A stretch of DNA of 64,000 bases from Vicinamibacterales bacterium (GCA_035699745.1 DASSPH010000030.1:578-64577), one strand, 5' to 3'. Shown: positions 12,583 through 21,404, numbered from the stretch's first letter. The notes: generated by a model from the sequence alone, not told the origin. Translations and numbers: made by a program.

Positions 12583-14370
12583 TCAGAAGCGGATGCGCAA
12601 CGCCGAGAGCGCCGCGTTCATGGCAGCGCCGGTGGACAGGGCGATGACGGTGACGGTGACGAGAATCGCCAGTCCGACGCGTATCCCGCGCTCTCGAATG
12701 ATCATCAGCAGGTTGGCCAGGCAGGGCACGAACAGCGTCATCACCGTCAGCGCGACGAGCGACTGGCTGCCGGTGAGCGTCCCCTCCCGCGCCATGTGGA
12801 AGAGTCCAGCCGCGCCGTAATCGCGGCGCAGGAATCCCATCACGAACACCGGAGCGGCGTCGCTCGGCAGCCCGAGCGCACCGCTGACGAGCGGCCGGGC
12901 CGCGGCGGAAATCGCGGCGAGCGCACCCACGCGGTCCATCACGAACAGGATCGCGGTTCCGGCGAGGAACAGCGGTACCGCTTCTCCCAGATACCAGCGG
13001 ACACGCAGCAGCGTCTTGGTGATGAGGTTCCTGATACGCGGGATGCGCAGCGGGGGCAGCTCGAGGATGAACTCCGACCGATCTCCCGGCAGGGCCCGCG
13101 CCGCGAGCAGACCAACCAGCAGCATCTGCAGGAGCACGACCCCGAACAGCGTCAGCAGGGCCGCCACCGAGATGCCGCCGAGAATCCCCATGATCGTCGC
13201 GAGCTGCGCTGAACACGGCACGCCGAGCGCGAGCAGCGTGATCGCAATCAGCCGTTCTTTCGGCGTGCCCAGGATGCGCGTCGTCATCGTCGCCATGGTG
13301 TCGCATCCGAGCCCCAGCACCATCGGGAGAACCGCCTTGCCGTTGAGCCCCATCGCGCGAAACAGGTGGTCGCTGAAGATCGCCAGCCGGGGCACGTAGC
13401 CGCTGTCTTCCAGCGCCCCGAAGATCAGAAAGAATGTGGCGACGACGGGAAGGACGATGGCGATGGCGTAGGTGAGCCCCATCGAGACGAGACCGAAGTC
13501 GCCCACCAGAAAGTCCCTGACGAGCGCGACGGGGACGTGCGCCACCGCGCCGCGCACCGCCGGCGTGACGTGCGCCTCGAACAGATCCTCTTCGAGGATG
13601 CCGACGATGGTCTGCGCTCCAAACACGCCGACGAACTGATACGTCAGGTACAGGACGAGCGCGAGGATGGGCAGGCCGGTGAGCGGCTGGCGTACCGCGC
13701 GGCCAAGCCACTCCTGAAACCTGCCGAGCGACACCGGCGTGATCCGCCGGTACGCCGAGGCCGTGCGGTCGGCCCAGCGCGCATGGTCGGGTCCGCCCTG
13801 ATGCGCGGCGCGGACGATCGCCGCCGCGGGCAGCGCTTCCCGCAATTCGCGCATGCCGCGCCCTTCCGGGGCGACGGCCTCGACGACCGGCACGCCCAGG
13901 CAGCTCGAGAGACCTCCGGCGTCGATCGACACGCCGCGTGCCCGGGCCTCGTCCAGCATGTTGAGCACGAGGACCATCGGCAGGCCGAGCTCCGCGAGAT
14001 GCGACGTGAGCATCAGCGCGCGGCGGAGATTCCGCGCGTCGGCGACCTGCACGATGAGTTCGGCGCCGCCTTCGGCGAGAACGCGCCGGGTGATCCGCTC
14101 GTCTTCGGAGAGCGCGCCGGCGAGCATGTTGACACCCGGCGTGTCGATGACGTCGCAGACCTCGGCGCCGATCAGGGCGCGGCCCTTGGTGATCGCGACG
14201 GTCGTGCCGGGATAATTCGAGACCGTCGCGTAGCGGCCCGTCAGCCGGCCGAAGATGACGCTCTTGCCGACGTTCGGGTTGCCGACGAGCGCGATCCGCA
14301 GCGGGTGAGCACGCAGGCGCAGCGGCGGCGGATCGCTGCTGACGGGATCACTCGCCAGGGGACAGGGCAT
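12583..14370 (-). CDS. feoB: Ferrous iron transporter FeoB.
   Basis: The N-terminal G-domain reads IALVGNPNVGKSVIFGRLTG...DTPG. It is followed by a polytopic membrane domain. Confidence 0.95.
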   Translation of the reverse strand: MPCPLASDPVSSDPPPLRLRAHPLRIALVGNPNVGKSVIFGRLTGRYATVSNYPGTTVAITKGRALIGAEVCDVIDTPGVNMLAGALSEDERITRRVLAEGGAELIVQVADARNLRRALMLTSHLAELGLPMVLVLNMLDEARARGVSIDAGGLSSCLGVPVVEAVAPEGRGMRELREALPAAAIVRAAHQGGPDHARWADRTASAYRRITPVSLGRFQEWLGRAVRQPLTGLPILALVLYLTYQFVGVFGAQTIVGILEEDLFEAHVTPAVRGAVAHVPVALVRDFLVGDFGLVSMGLTYAIAIVLPVVATFFLIFGALEDSGYVPRLAIFSDHLFRAMGLNGKAVLPMVLGLGCDTMATMTTRILGTPKERLIAITLLALGVPCSAQLATIMGILGGISVAALLTLFGVVLLQMLLVGLLAARALPGDRSEFILELPPLRIPRIRNLITKTLLRVRWYLGEAVPLFLAGTAILFVMDRVGALAAISAAARPLVSGALGLPSDAAPVFVMGFLRRDYGAAGLFHMAREGTLTGSQSLVALTVMTLFVPCLANLLMIIRERGIRVGLAILVTVTVIALSTGAAMNAALSALRIRF

Positions 14371-14391
14371 CGAGACGTCTGCCGCCGGCCG

Positions 14392-14949
14392 TCATGGGAC
14401 GGTAATTCCGCGGGCCAGGGCGGCGCTCAGCACCTTGAGCATCCGGGCATAGCGCTGATCGTCACGCTTGAGCCTCGCGGTGTACTCCTCCTGGGTGAGC
14501 TGCTGCAGCTCCCATTTGCCGTTGAACACCGTGGACTTCCCGCCGTTCGCCGTCGTCGTGTCGCCGACCTGCTCCGAGTCGGATTCGGGCCGGATGCCGT
14601 CCGCCGCCATGTCTTCGACGAAGAAATGCCCGGTGCGGTCGCCGACCGCCTGCATGTCGACGTAGACGTCCATGTACTGGCGAGCGGCAATCTTCTTGTC
14701 GATCAGGGCGGGTGCGGGATACGGGGCGCTGATGACGAGGAACTGGATTCCAGGGACGTAGAGGACGGCCACGTACCGGCCTGGTTCGTCCGGATCGCGC
14801 GCGGCGAACGCCTCCATCTTCTGTTGTTCCATCTGTGCCTTCAACGCGGCCGCGGGTTCCGCGGACAGCGATCCGTCCCGCGCCGCGCGGAGCCCGGACA
14901 CAGACACCATGAGAAGGACGAGCACGGCGAATATCGTGAGGCGTTTCAT
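14392..14949 (-). CDS. Secreted hypothetical protein.
   Basis: ATG at 14949 preceded by GGAGGAACGCTC. The signal peptide is MKRLTIFAVLVLLMVSVSGLRAA. The gene ends 21 nt upstream of feoB on the same strand. Confidence 0.7.
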   Translation of the reverse strand: MKRLTIFAVLVLLMVSVSGLRAARDGSLSAEPAAALKAQMEQQKMEAFAARDPDEPGRYVAVLYVPGIQFLVISAPYPAPALIDKKIAARQYMDVYVDMQAVGDRTGHFFVEDMAADGIRPESDSEQVGDTTTANGGKSTVFNGKWELQQLTQEEYTARLKRDDQRYARMLKVLSAALARGITVP

Positions 14950-15095
14950 GAGCGTTCCTCCGGCAGCGCGCCGTGCCGTTTGCATGCCAGGCACGGGGTG
15001 CTGGTTTTCGCGCCGAAGTCGCGACTGAGGGGAGCGCCCGCCGCGGATAATTCCGCAGCGCCGGGAATTTTCCAGTGGGGGACGGCCGGCTGGGT

Positions 15096-15347
15096 CTAGG
15101 CGGGCTTCGGGCGCGTGCCGCCGCCCCTGGGGCGCGCCGGCGCCGGATGGTCCCGCCGCGCGCGCGCGTCCGCCATGATCTCGCGGAGCGTGGCGCATTG
15201 CGCCCGCAGCTTGCGGCTCTTGGTCACCGCGTCGGCGGCTTGGGCGCGAAGGTCGGCGCTGCGATCGTTCAGGGCGCGCTGCTGCTCGCCGCTGATCGAG
15301 AGCATGGCGGATTCATACACGGCGTCGTACGGACGATCCTCGGCCAT
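15096..15347 (-). CDS. Small hypothetical protein (83 aa, helical, charged).
   Basis: ORF starting MAEDRPYDAVYESAMLSISGEQQRALNDRSADLRAQAADAVTKSRKLRAQCATLREIMADA. The composition looks coding. I recognise no family. Confidence 0.4.
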   Translation of the reverse strand: MAEDRPYDAVYESAMLSISGEQQRALNDRSADLRAQAADAVTKSRKLRAQCATLREIMADARARRDHPAPARPRGGGTRPKPA

Positions 15348-15465
15348 CGGCCATGCCTCATGACAAGGTGCGCTGTTGGTACGGCAACCTGGGTGAGGTG
15401 GCTCGCCCGTTACGGGCAACGACACTCGAAGCTGGAGGCGAACGCGGCGCGCTCGCATCGTCAGT

Positions 15466-15575
15466 GTACGCGCGTTCGGGCGGGAACCGCCAGGAATTCT
15501 CGAGCTGACCAGGTAGCGGAGCGCTGGAAACACTGCCATGACGGGCGTCATACGCACCGCGCACCGGCCCGTTCA
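15466..15575 (+). promoter_or_regulatory. Candidate cobalamin (B12) riboswitch in the leader of the 15586-19031 operon.
   Basis: The RNA reads ...GGGCGGGAACCGCCAGGAAUUCUCGAGCUGACCAGGUAGCGGAGCGCUGGAAACACUGCCAUGACGGGCGUCAUAC.... It contains, in order, the GGGAA junction, GAAU, GAGCUGAC...AGCGG, the B12-box-like ACACUGCC and a GGGxGUCAU element. These are arranged as in the E. coli btuB leader as I recall it. Flanking GCGCG/CGCGC and CGGGC/GCCCG could form P1. Not verified with a covariance model. Confidence 0.3.
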
Positions 15576-15585
15576 TACTCGCTGC

Positions 15586-16275
15586 ATGGATCCCCTGAAA
15601 GGATCGAACTGGAGCAGTCCCGGAACGGTCGCGGGATTCGCGGATTCCCCGCCGAATCAGACGCTGATGAGCTATGCCGCCGCGGAACGCCGCCGCGGCG
15701 CCTCCACTGCCGTCGACCTGGGATGCGGCGCCGGCCGCAATCTCGTTCCGCTCGCCCAACAAGGCTGGAGCATCGTCGGCATCGATCTATCGCGTCCGAT
15801 GATCGACGCCGCGGGCGAGCGCGTCGCGGCCGACGGGTTATCGGCCCGCGTGCAGCTGGCGGTCGCGCCGATGGACGCGCTGCCGGTCGCGAGCGGCTGC
15901 GCCGATCTGGTGATCGCACACGGCATCTGGAACCTGGCGCGATCCGCCGCCGAGTTTCGCCGCGGGCTGCGCGAGGCGGCCCGCGTCGTCCGGCCCGGCG
16001 CGGCGCTGTTCGTGTTCACGTTCTCGCGCCGGACGCTGCCCGAGCCGGCGCGGCCGGTGACCGGCGAAGCGTTCGTCTTCACCGGCTTCTCGGGGGAGCC
16101 GCAGTGCTTCCTCACGGCGGAGGAGCTCGTCTCAGAACTGGCGGCCGCGGGTTTCGTGCCCGATGCCGCCGTGCCGCTCACGGAGCACAATGCGCCGCGT
16201 CCGGGATCGCTCCGCACCGGGAACGTTCCCGTGATCTTCGAGGCGGCCTTCCGGTTCGCCGGAGGCACGCGATGA
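15586..16275 (+). CDS. Class I SAM-dependent methyltransferase.
   Basis: Motif I is AVDLGCGAGRNLVPLAQQGWSIVGIDLSRPMIDAA. The post-I and motif II regions are present (ADLVIAHGIWNL). The start at 15586 was chosen so as not to overlap the putative riboswitch; 15538 is an alternative. Confidence 0.85.
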   Translation: MDPLKGSNWSSPGTVAGFADSPPNQTLMSYAAAERRRGASTAVDLGCGAGRNLVPLAQQGWSIVGIDLSRPMIDAAGERVAADGLSARVQLAVAPMDALPVASGCADLVIAHGIWNLARSAAEFRRGLREAARVVRPGAALFVFTFSRRTLPEPARPVTGEAFVFTGFSGEPQCFLTAEELVSELAAAGFVPDAAVPLTEHNAPRPGSLRTGNVPVIFEAAFRFAGGTR

Positions 16276-16475
16276 AGCCGCCGAAAATCCCGCTCAAGCC
16301 GGCGCACCCGGAGCGCACGTGCTGGGGCTGCGACCGCTACTGCGCCGCGGACGACCTCGCCTGCGGCAACGGAACGATCCGAACGCTGCACCCGATCGAG
16401 CTGTTCGGCGACGACTGGCTCGACTTCGCCGATCGCGACAAAGGATCGCGGTCCTCCTCCGAGCGCTCCGCGTGA
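16272..16475 (+). CDS. Small Cys-rich protein, DUF3079-like.
   Basis: MKPPKIPLKPAHPERTCWGCDRYCAADDLACGNGTIRTLHPIELFGDDW matches my recollection of the DUF3079 pattern (HPERxCWGCDxYC...LxCGNG...HP.ELFG.DW). ATGA overlap with the methyltransferase stop. Confidence 0.65.
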   Translation: MKPPKIPLKPAHPERTCWGCDRYCAADDLACGNGTIRTLHPIELFGDDWLDFADRDKGSRSSSERSA

Positions 16476-17899
16476 CCCCACGGCCTCCGCTCCTGCTGTG
16501 CCTGCTGTATCTCGCGCCGGCCCACGTCGCGCTGGCGCTCGCGTTCGGCGGCGTCGCGCTCGATCCGGCTGCCGCGACGGGATTCTTCTATCACTCGCGC
16601 ATGCTGGCGATCGTCCATCTCGTCACGCTGGGATGGATCACCGCGTCGATTCTCGGCGCGCTCTACATCGTCGGACCGGCGGCCCTGCGCACGTGGTTCC
16701 GCGCCGGATGGCTCGACTACACCGCGGCCGCCTTCGTGTGGATCGGCGTGACGGGCATGGTGGCGCACTTCTGGATCGTCGAGTACCGCGGCATGGCCTG
16801 GTCGGCCGCGATGGTGACGATCGGAATCGCCGCGGTGGGGATCCGCGTGGCTCCGCCGCTCTGGCGCGCGCCGATACCGGCCGCGGTGCGCACCCACATC
16901 CTCCTGGCGTTCGTGAACATCGCCGGCGCGGCGGTCATGGGCGTTCTGCTCGGCATCAACAAGGTGCACCCGTTCCTTCCCGGCTTCGTGCTGAACAACG
17001 TGTTCGCGCACGCCCACCTCGCGGCAGTCGGGTGGGCGGCGATGATGGTCGTCGGCGTGGCGTACCGTCTGCTGCCGATGGTGCTGCCGTCGCAGATGCC
17101 GGCGGGGCGGTCGCTGTGGGCGACCGCGGTGCTGCTCCAGGCGGGCGCGCTCGGACTCTTCGTCGCGCTGCTGCTGCGGGCGCCGGTGTCGTGGATCTTC
17201 GCCGTGATGATCGTCGCCGGGTTCGCGACGTTCCTCGGCCATGGAATCTGGATGGTGCGGCATCCTCGGCCGCGCCCCCCGGCGATCCCGGTGCCTGAGA
17301 CCACCGTTCTTCACGCCGTCGCCGCCGGCGCCTCGCTCGCCATCGCCTGCGGGCTCGGGTTGTGGCTGTCGGTCGCCGAACTGTCGCCGCAGACGCTGCG
17401 GGTGGCGATTGCCTACGGCGTGTTCGGACTCGTCGGCTTCCTGTCGCAGATGGTCGTGGCGATGAAAGGCCGGCTGCTGCCGCTCTTTGCGTGGTACTGG
17501 GCATCGGCGAGATCCGGGGGCGTGTCCCCGGTGCCGTCGCCGCACGAGATGCCCTGGCGCGGCGGGCAGGAGCTCGTGTTCGTGCTCTGGCTGTTCGGGG
17601 TGCCGGCGCTCGCCGGCGGGCTGGCGTTCGACGCCGTTCCGTTCGTGCGCGCGGCCGCGTGGTCGCTGCTGGCCGCCACGCTGCTCGATTCGGCGCAAGC
17701 GGCCATCATCCTGCGCCACGCCTTCCGCGCGGCGGCCCCGCTCGGCCGACGGACAAAGGCTCCGGCGGGGGATATGATGGGCGTCATACCGCCGCGTGCG
17801 AGCGCGCCGGATACTGACGGTCATGCCGCTGAACGCCTGCGAGCTCGAGATCGATCTGTTCTGCCGCGGCATCCGGCTGTCCCCGAGCACCGAGGGTGA
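16472..17899 (+). CDS. Polytopic (~12 TM) His-rich membrane protein, possibly heme-copper-oxidase-subunit-I/NnrS-like.
   Basis: GTG at 16472 overlaps the previous stop (GTGA). There are many hydrophobic segments. Conserved-looking His pairs occur inside TM segments (FYHSRMLAIVHLVTLGW and NNVFAHAHLAAVGW). The family assignment is uncertain. Confidence 0.6.
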   Translation: MTPRPPLLLCLLYLAPAHVALALAFGGVALDPAAATGFFYHSRMLAIVHLVTLGWITASILGALYIVGPAALRTWFRAGWLDYTAAAFVWIGVTGMVAHFWIVEYRGMAWSAAMVTIGIAAVGIRVAPPLWRAPIPAAVRTHILLAFVNIAGAAVMGVLLGINKVHPFLPGFVLNNVFAHAHLAAVGWAAMMVVGVAYRLLPMVLPSQMPAGRSLWATAVLLQAGALGLFVALLLRAPVSWIFAVMIVAGFATFLGHGIWMVRHPRPRPPAIPVPETTVLHAVAAGASLAIACGLGLWLSVAELSPQTLRVAIAYGVFGLVGFLSQMVVAMKGRLLPLFAWYWASARSGGVSPVPSPHEMPWRGGQELVFVLWLFGVPALAGGLAFDAVPFVRAAAWSLLAATLLDSAQAAIILRHAFRAAAPLGRRTKAPAGDMMGVIPPRASAPDTDGHAAERLRARDRSVLPRHPAVPEHRG

Positions 17900-19031
17900 C
17901 GCGCAGCGCATCAAGCGCACCCGCGCCGGCCTGGGCTCCGGTCTCGAGCTGGTGCTGCCGACCGGCTCGCGCCTGAAGCCGGCGATCTGGATGAACGCGC
18001 CGGTGGTCGAGTCCTTCGCCCGGTCGTCGCCGTACGTGCTGCACAGCGGCGACGCGGGGCACACCATCGTCGACGAACGCAGCGGCGAGCGCTACCCGGT
18101 GCGGCTGCCCGAGGCGCCGGAATGGTACGCGTGGGAAACCTCCCGCGGCACGCCGATGGGCCGGATCGGCGTCCTGCAGGGCACGTACCTCGGGATCTAC
18201 GTCAACCCCGTCTGCGACTTCTGGCGATCGAACCTCGAGTGCCGGTTCTGCACGACCGGCCGGAACGTCGGCGACGCGGAAGCCGCGGCGAAGACGGTCG
18301 AGGAAGTCGTGGAAACCTGCCGGGCCGCGAAACGCGAGTCCGGCGTGACGTTCGTACATCTCAACGGCGGGTTTCAGGGCGGCCATGCGCTCGAGTTCAT
18401 CGAGCCGTTCGTCCGGGCGATCAAGCAGCAGGTCGGGCTGCTCGTCGGCGTGCAGCTCGCGCCGGAGCGCGAGCTGTGGCGGTACGACCGCCTGATCGCG
18501 CTCGGCGTCGATCATTTCTCGTTCTGCATCGAGTTCATCGATCCGTCGTGGTTCGCGGAGATCTGTCCCGGCAAGGCCCGAACGCTTGGCCAGGACCTCT
18601 TCTTTCAGGCCATGGATCACTGCGCGGCGCGGCTGCCGCGCGGCGCCGTTTCCGGCGAGCTCATCGCCGGCATCGAGCCGATCGCACAGACCCTCGCCGG
18701 CATCGAACGGATCGCCGAGCGCGGAGCGTTTCCCACCGTCTGCATCTTCCGGCCGACCGCCGGGTCGCAGTTGTCCGGCTGGCAGTCGCCCGCCTACGAA
18801 GACATGCGCGCCGTGATGGCGGCGATGTACGAAGCCTGCCGCCGCCATCGGATCCCGATCGGCGTGGCGCCGAACATCGAGGTCAGCCTGGTGGTGACGC
18901 CGGACGATGCGGCGCTGCTCGCGCCGCGGACACCGGGCTTCTACGCCTACGAGGCGTGGCGGCGGACGCTGCGCGTCGCGGCGCGGCCGCTCTTCCGCCA
19001 CCGCATCCGGCGCGCGGCCGCCGCGTCCTGA
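17823..19031 (+). CDS. Radical-SAM-like protein with an atypical cluster motif.
   Basis: YVNPVCDFWRSNLECRFCTTGRN has the '...NLxCxFC' core of radical SAM enzymes, but the first Cys is replaced by Ser and another Cys sits 8 residues upstream (Cx8CxxC). The TIM-barrel-like remainder includes VTFVHLNGG, GVDHFSFCIE and GELIAGIEP. The start at 17823 overlaps the upstream gene by 77 nt and is uncertain. Confidence 0.6.
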   Translation: MPLNACELEIDLFCRGIRLSPSTEGDAQRIKRTRAGLGSGLELVLPTGSRLKPAIWMNAPVVESFARSSPYVLHSGDAGHTIVDERSGERYPVRLPEAPEWYAWETSRGTPMGRIGVLQGTYLGIYVNPVCDFWRSNLECRFCTTGRNVGDAEAAAKTVEEVVETCRAAKRESGVTFVHLNGGFQGGHALEFIEPFVRAIKQQVGLLVGVQLAPERELWRYDRLIALGVDHFSFCIEFIDPSWFAEICPGKARTLGQDLFFQAMDHCAARLPRGAVSGELIAGIEPIAQTLAGIERIAERGAFPTVCIFRPTAGSQLSGWQSPAYEDMRAVMAAMYEACRRHRIPIGVAPNIEVSLVVTPDDAALLAPRTPGFYAYEAWRRTLRVAARPLFRHRIRRAAAAS

Positions 19032-19138
19032 CGCCGCCGGCGCAGCGGCTCTCCCGGCTACTGACCCGCTTGACAGTTGGTCGGATCCTCGCCACAAACT
19101 AGACTCGCAGAATGCGTGTCCTCTCTCGCTGACGCCAC

Positions 19139-21400
19139 ATGCCGCCCGTGTCGCCTCAGCCGCTTCGAACGCCGTCGCCCACGCGGGCGCTCACTCTCGC
19201 CAGTGTTTCCTTTGCGCTCTGTTTCGCCGCCTGGGGTCTGATTGGCGGTCTGGCGCCGGCCTTCGCGTCGCTCTACCACCTGAGCGGGTCGCAGACCGCG
19301 CTGCTCGTGGCCGTCCCCGTTCTCCTCGGCTCGCTGGCGCGGCTGCCGATGGGCATGCTCACGGATCGGTTTGGCGGTCGCGCGGTGTTCAGCGCGCTGC
19401 TCGCGTTCTCCGCGCTGGCCGCCTTCATCGTGCCGCTGACCGGCAGCTATCGCGCGCTGCTGGTCGCCGCCTTCCTGGTCGGCGTGGCCGGATCGTCGTT
19501 CGCCGTCGGCGCGGCGTTCGTCTCGCGCTGGTCGCCGCGCGCGCAGCAGGGGACGGCGCTCGGCATCTACGGCCTCGGCACGCTCGGCCAGTCCCTCGCG
19601 GTGTTCATCGGTCCGCTGGTCGCGGCGCGCTGGGGCTGGGAAGCCGTCTTCCGCGGCACCAGCGCGCTGCTGCTGATCTGGGCGCTGGTGTTCGTGACGC
19701 TGGCGCGAAATCCGGTCCATGCGTCGCGTCCGGCAGGTGTCGGCGCCATGCTCGCCGTGCTGCGCACCGCGCCGCGGGCGTGGGTGCTCGGCGCGTTCTA
19801 TTTCCTCACCTTCGGCGGCTTCGTCGCGTTCTCCATCTACCTGCCGACGCTGCTGCGCGTGCAGTTCGGCCTCGCGCCCGCGGACGCCGGCTTCCGCGCC
19901 GCCGGCTTCGTCGTGCTGGCGACGCTGGTGCGCCCGGCGGGCGGGTGGCTCGCCGACCGGATCGGCGGCGCGCAGGTGCTGTCGTGGGTGTTCGGTGGCG
20001 TCGGCATCTTCGCGCTGCTGCTCACGTGGCCGTCGATGGTGCCGTTCACCGTCGGCGCCCTGGCGTGCGCGTTGCTGATGGGCGTCGGCAACGGGGCGGT
20101 GTTCAAGCTCGTTCCCGAGCAGTTCCCGAAGGAGACCGGCACGGTCACCGGTCTGGTCGGCGCCCTCGGCGGCATCGGCGGCTTCTTTCCGCCGCTGCTG
20201 CTCGGCCTGTTCAGCGATCGCTTCGGCGTGATCTGGCCGGGCTTCCTGCTGCTGTCGGCGACGGCGATCGGACTGCGGGCGGTCAACGAGCGCGTGTTCC
20301 GTCCAGGCGACGTCGAATGGACGCGGGCGCTGCCGGTCGCCGCCCGTCAGGGACTGGAGCGGGTGCGCGCGGGCGCGTGGGCGACGCTGGTCACCGCCGG
20401 CCTCGCCGCGACGATCGTCGTCGGCTCGCGCAACCTGCAGCACTTCGACGCGGCGCTCGTCGGCTACACCTTCGCCACGCTGTTTGCCGCCTTCGGCATC
20501 AGCTACCGCTACGCGATGTGGCTGCATCGTCCGCCGACGCGCATGTACTGGCGCCGCGGATGGCAGGCGTTCTTCTCACGCCCGCGCGTGGCGCGGAACG
20601 CCGTGAGTCTCGGCCGCCGCGCGATCGTCGAGTTCGCCGCCAATGCCTACATCTTCCGGCGCGGCCGCCTGCGCGGTCTCGCGCACTGGCTGATCATGTG
20701 GGGCTGCGTGCTCGCCGCGGCGATCACGTTCCCGCTGGTGTGGGGCTGGATTCACTTCGAAACCGTGCCGGGCGCGCTCCACACCTACCGCACGTTCATG
20801 TTCGGGTTTCCCGTCCAGGATTTCCCCGTCGAATCGGTGATCGCCTTCGTCGTGTTTCACGGGCTGGTCTGGTCGGCGTTCCTGGTGATCGCGGGAGTGA
20901 TGCTCGCCTTCAGACGACGGATGATCGACCACGGCGCGGTCGCCGTACAGCAGTTCGGCCAGGACATGCTGCCGTTGCTGCTCCTGTTTGCCATCAGCGT
21001 CACCGGGCTGCTGCTCACCGCCAGCTACACGTGGATGCGCGGTTACGCCTACGACTTCCTCGCCATCCTGCATGCGGCGACGGTGATCGTGACGCTGCTC
21101 TGGCTGCCGTTCGGCAAGCTGTTTCACGTCTTCCAGCGGCCGGCGCAGCTCGGCGTCGGCTTCTACAAGGACGCCGGACGGGAACAGGCCCAGGCGCGAT
21201 GCCGGCGCTGCGCGCAGCCGTTTGCCTCGGTGCCGATGATCCGCGATCTCACCGAAGTCGAACGCGAGCTGGGGTTCCGGTACGAGCTGTCGGGCGGCGG
21301 CCATTACCAGGACGTGTGTCCTCGCTGCCGCCGTGCGCTCTTCGGGCTCGCGCAAGGCGCACTGTGGCGTCGATACCTCGACCCGGGAGAGGCAGGTTAG
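19139..21400 (+). CDS. Fusion protein: NarK-like nitrate/nitrite MFS transporter + NarI/HdrE-like di-heme cytochrome b domain + C-terminal 4-Cys zinc-ribbon.
   Basis: Residues ~1-400 form a 12-TM MFS with the nitrate/nitrite-porter glycine-rich signature ([12 protein letters not shown]...[15 protein letters not shown]). Residues ~470-690 carry 5 TM segments with intramembrane His (LAHWLIMWG...[21 protein letters not shown]) and the NarI-family motif [10 protein letters not shown]. The tail carries CRRC...(35 aa)...CPRC. Confidence 0.8.
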   Translation: MPPVSPQPLRTPSPTRALTLASVSFALCFAAWGLIGGLAPAFASLYHLSGSQTALLVAVPVLLGSLARLPMGMLTDRFGGRAVFSALLAFSALAAFIVPLTGSYRALLVAAFLVGVAGSSFAVGAAFVSRWSPRAQQGTALGIYGLGTLGQSLAVFIGPLVAARWGWEAVFRGTSALLLIWALVFVTLARNPVHASRPAGVGAMLAVLRTAPRAWVLGAFYFLTFGGFVAFSIYLPTLLRVQFGLAPADAGFRAAGFVVLATLVRPAGGWLADRIGGAQVLSWVFGGVGIFALLLTWPSMVPFTVGALACALLMGVGNGAVFKLVPEQFPKETGTVTGLVGALGGIGGFFPPLLLGLFSDRFGVIWPGFLLLSATAIGLRAVNERVFRPGDVEWTRALPVAARQGLERVRAGAWATLVTAGLAATIVVGSRNLQHFDAALVGYTFATLFAAFGISYRYAMWLHRPPTRMYWRRGWQAFFSRPRVARNAVSLGRRAIVEFAANAYIFRRGRLRGLAHWLIMWGCVLAAAITFPLVWGWIHFETVPGALHTYRTFMFGFPVQDFPVESVIAFVVFHGLVWSAFLVIAGVMLAFRRRMIDHGAVAVQQFGQDMLPLLLLFAISVTGLLLTASYTWMRGYAYDFLAILHAATVIVTLLWLPFGKLFHVFQRPAQLGVGFYKDAGREQAQARCRRCAQPFASVPMIRDLTEVERELGFRYELSGGGHYQDVCPRCRRALFGLAQGALWRRYLDPGEAG

Positions 21401-21404
21401 GGCA

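Noticed and set aside
12321-14370. The reversed feoB-feoA order as evidence of a pseudogene or mis-assembly.
   Set aside because: Both ORFs are full length with intact motifs and a 19-nt spacer. The order is unusual but not disruptive, and it is kept only as context in the operon finding.
16319-16471. The upstream extension of the membrane-protein ORF (start at 16319 in the ORF track).
   Set aside because: The extension (MLGLRPLLRRGRPRLRQRNDPNAAPDRAVRRRLARL...) overlaps the DUF3079-like gene in another frame and is Arg-rich non-protein-like sequence. The GTG at 16472 gives a GTGA coupling and starts directly with hydrophobic TM sequence.
19070-19105. TTGACA (19070-19075) ... TAGACT (19100-19105) as the promoter of the NarK-fusion gene.
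   Set aside because: The spacer is 24 nt, far from the 16-18 nt optimum. No better -10 element lies at the right distance, so I do not claim a promoter.
21401-21404. A molybdenum-cofactor riboswitch or other leader upstream of the molybdoenzyme gene.
   Set aside because: Only 4 nt (or ~67 nt if the ATG at 21468 is used) separate it from the upstream gene. There is no room for a ~130-nt Moco element and no matching motifs.
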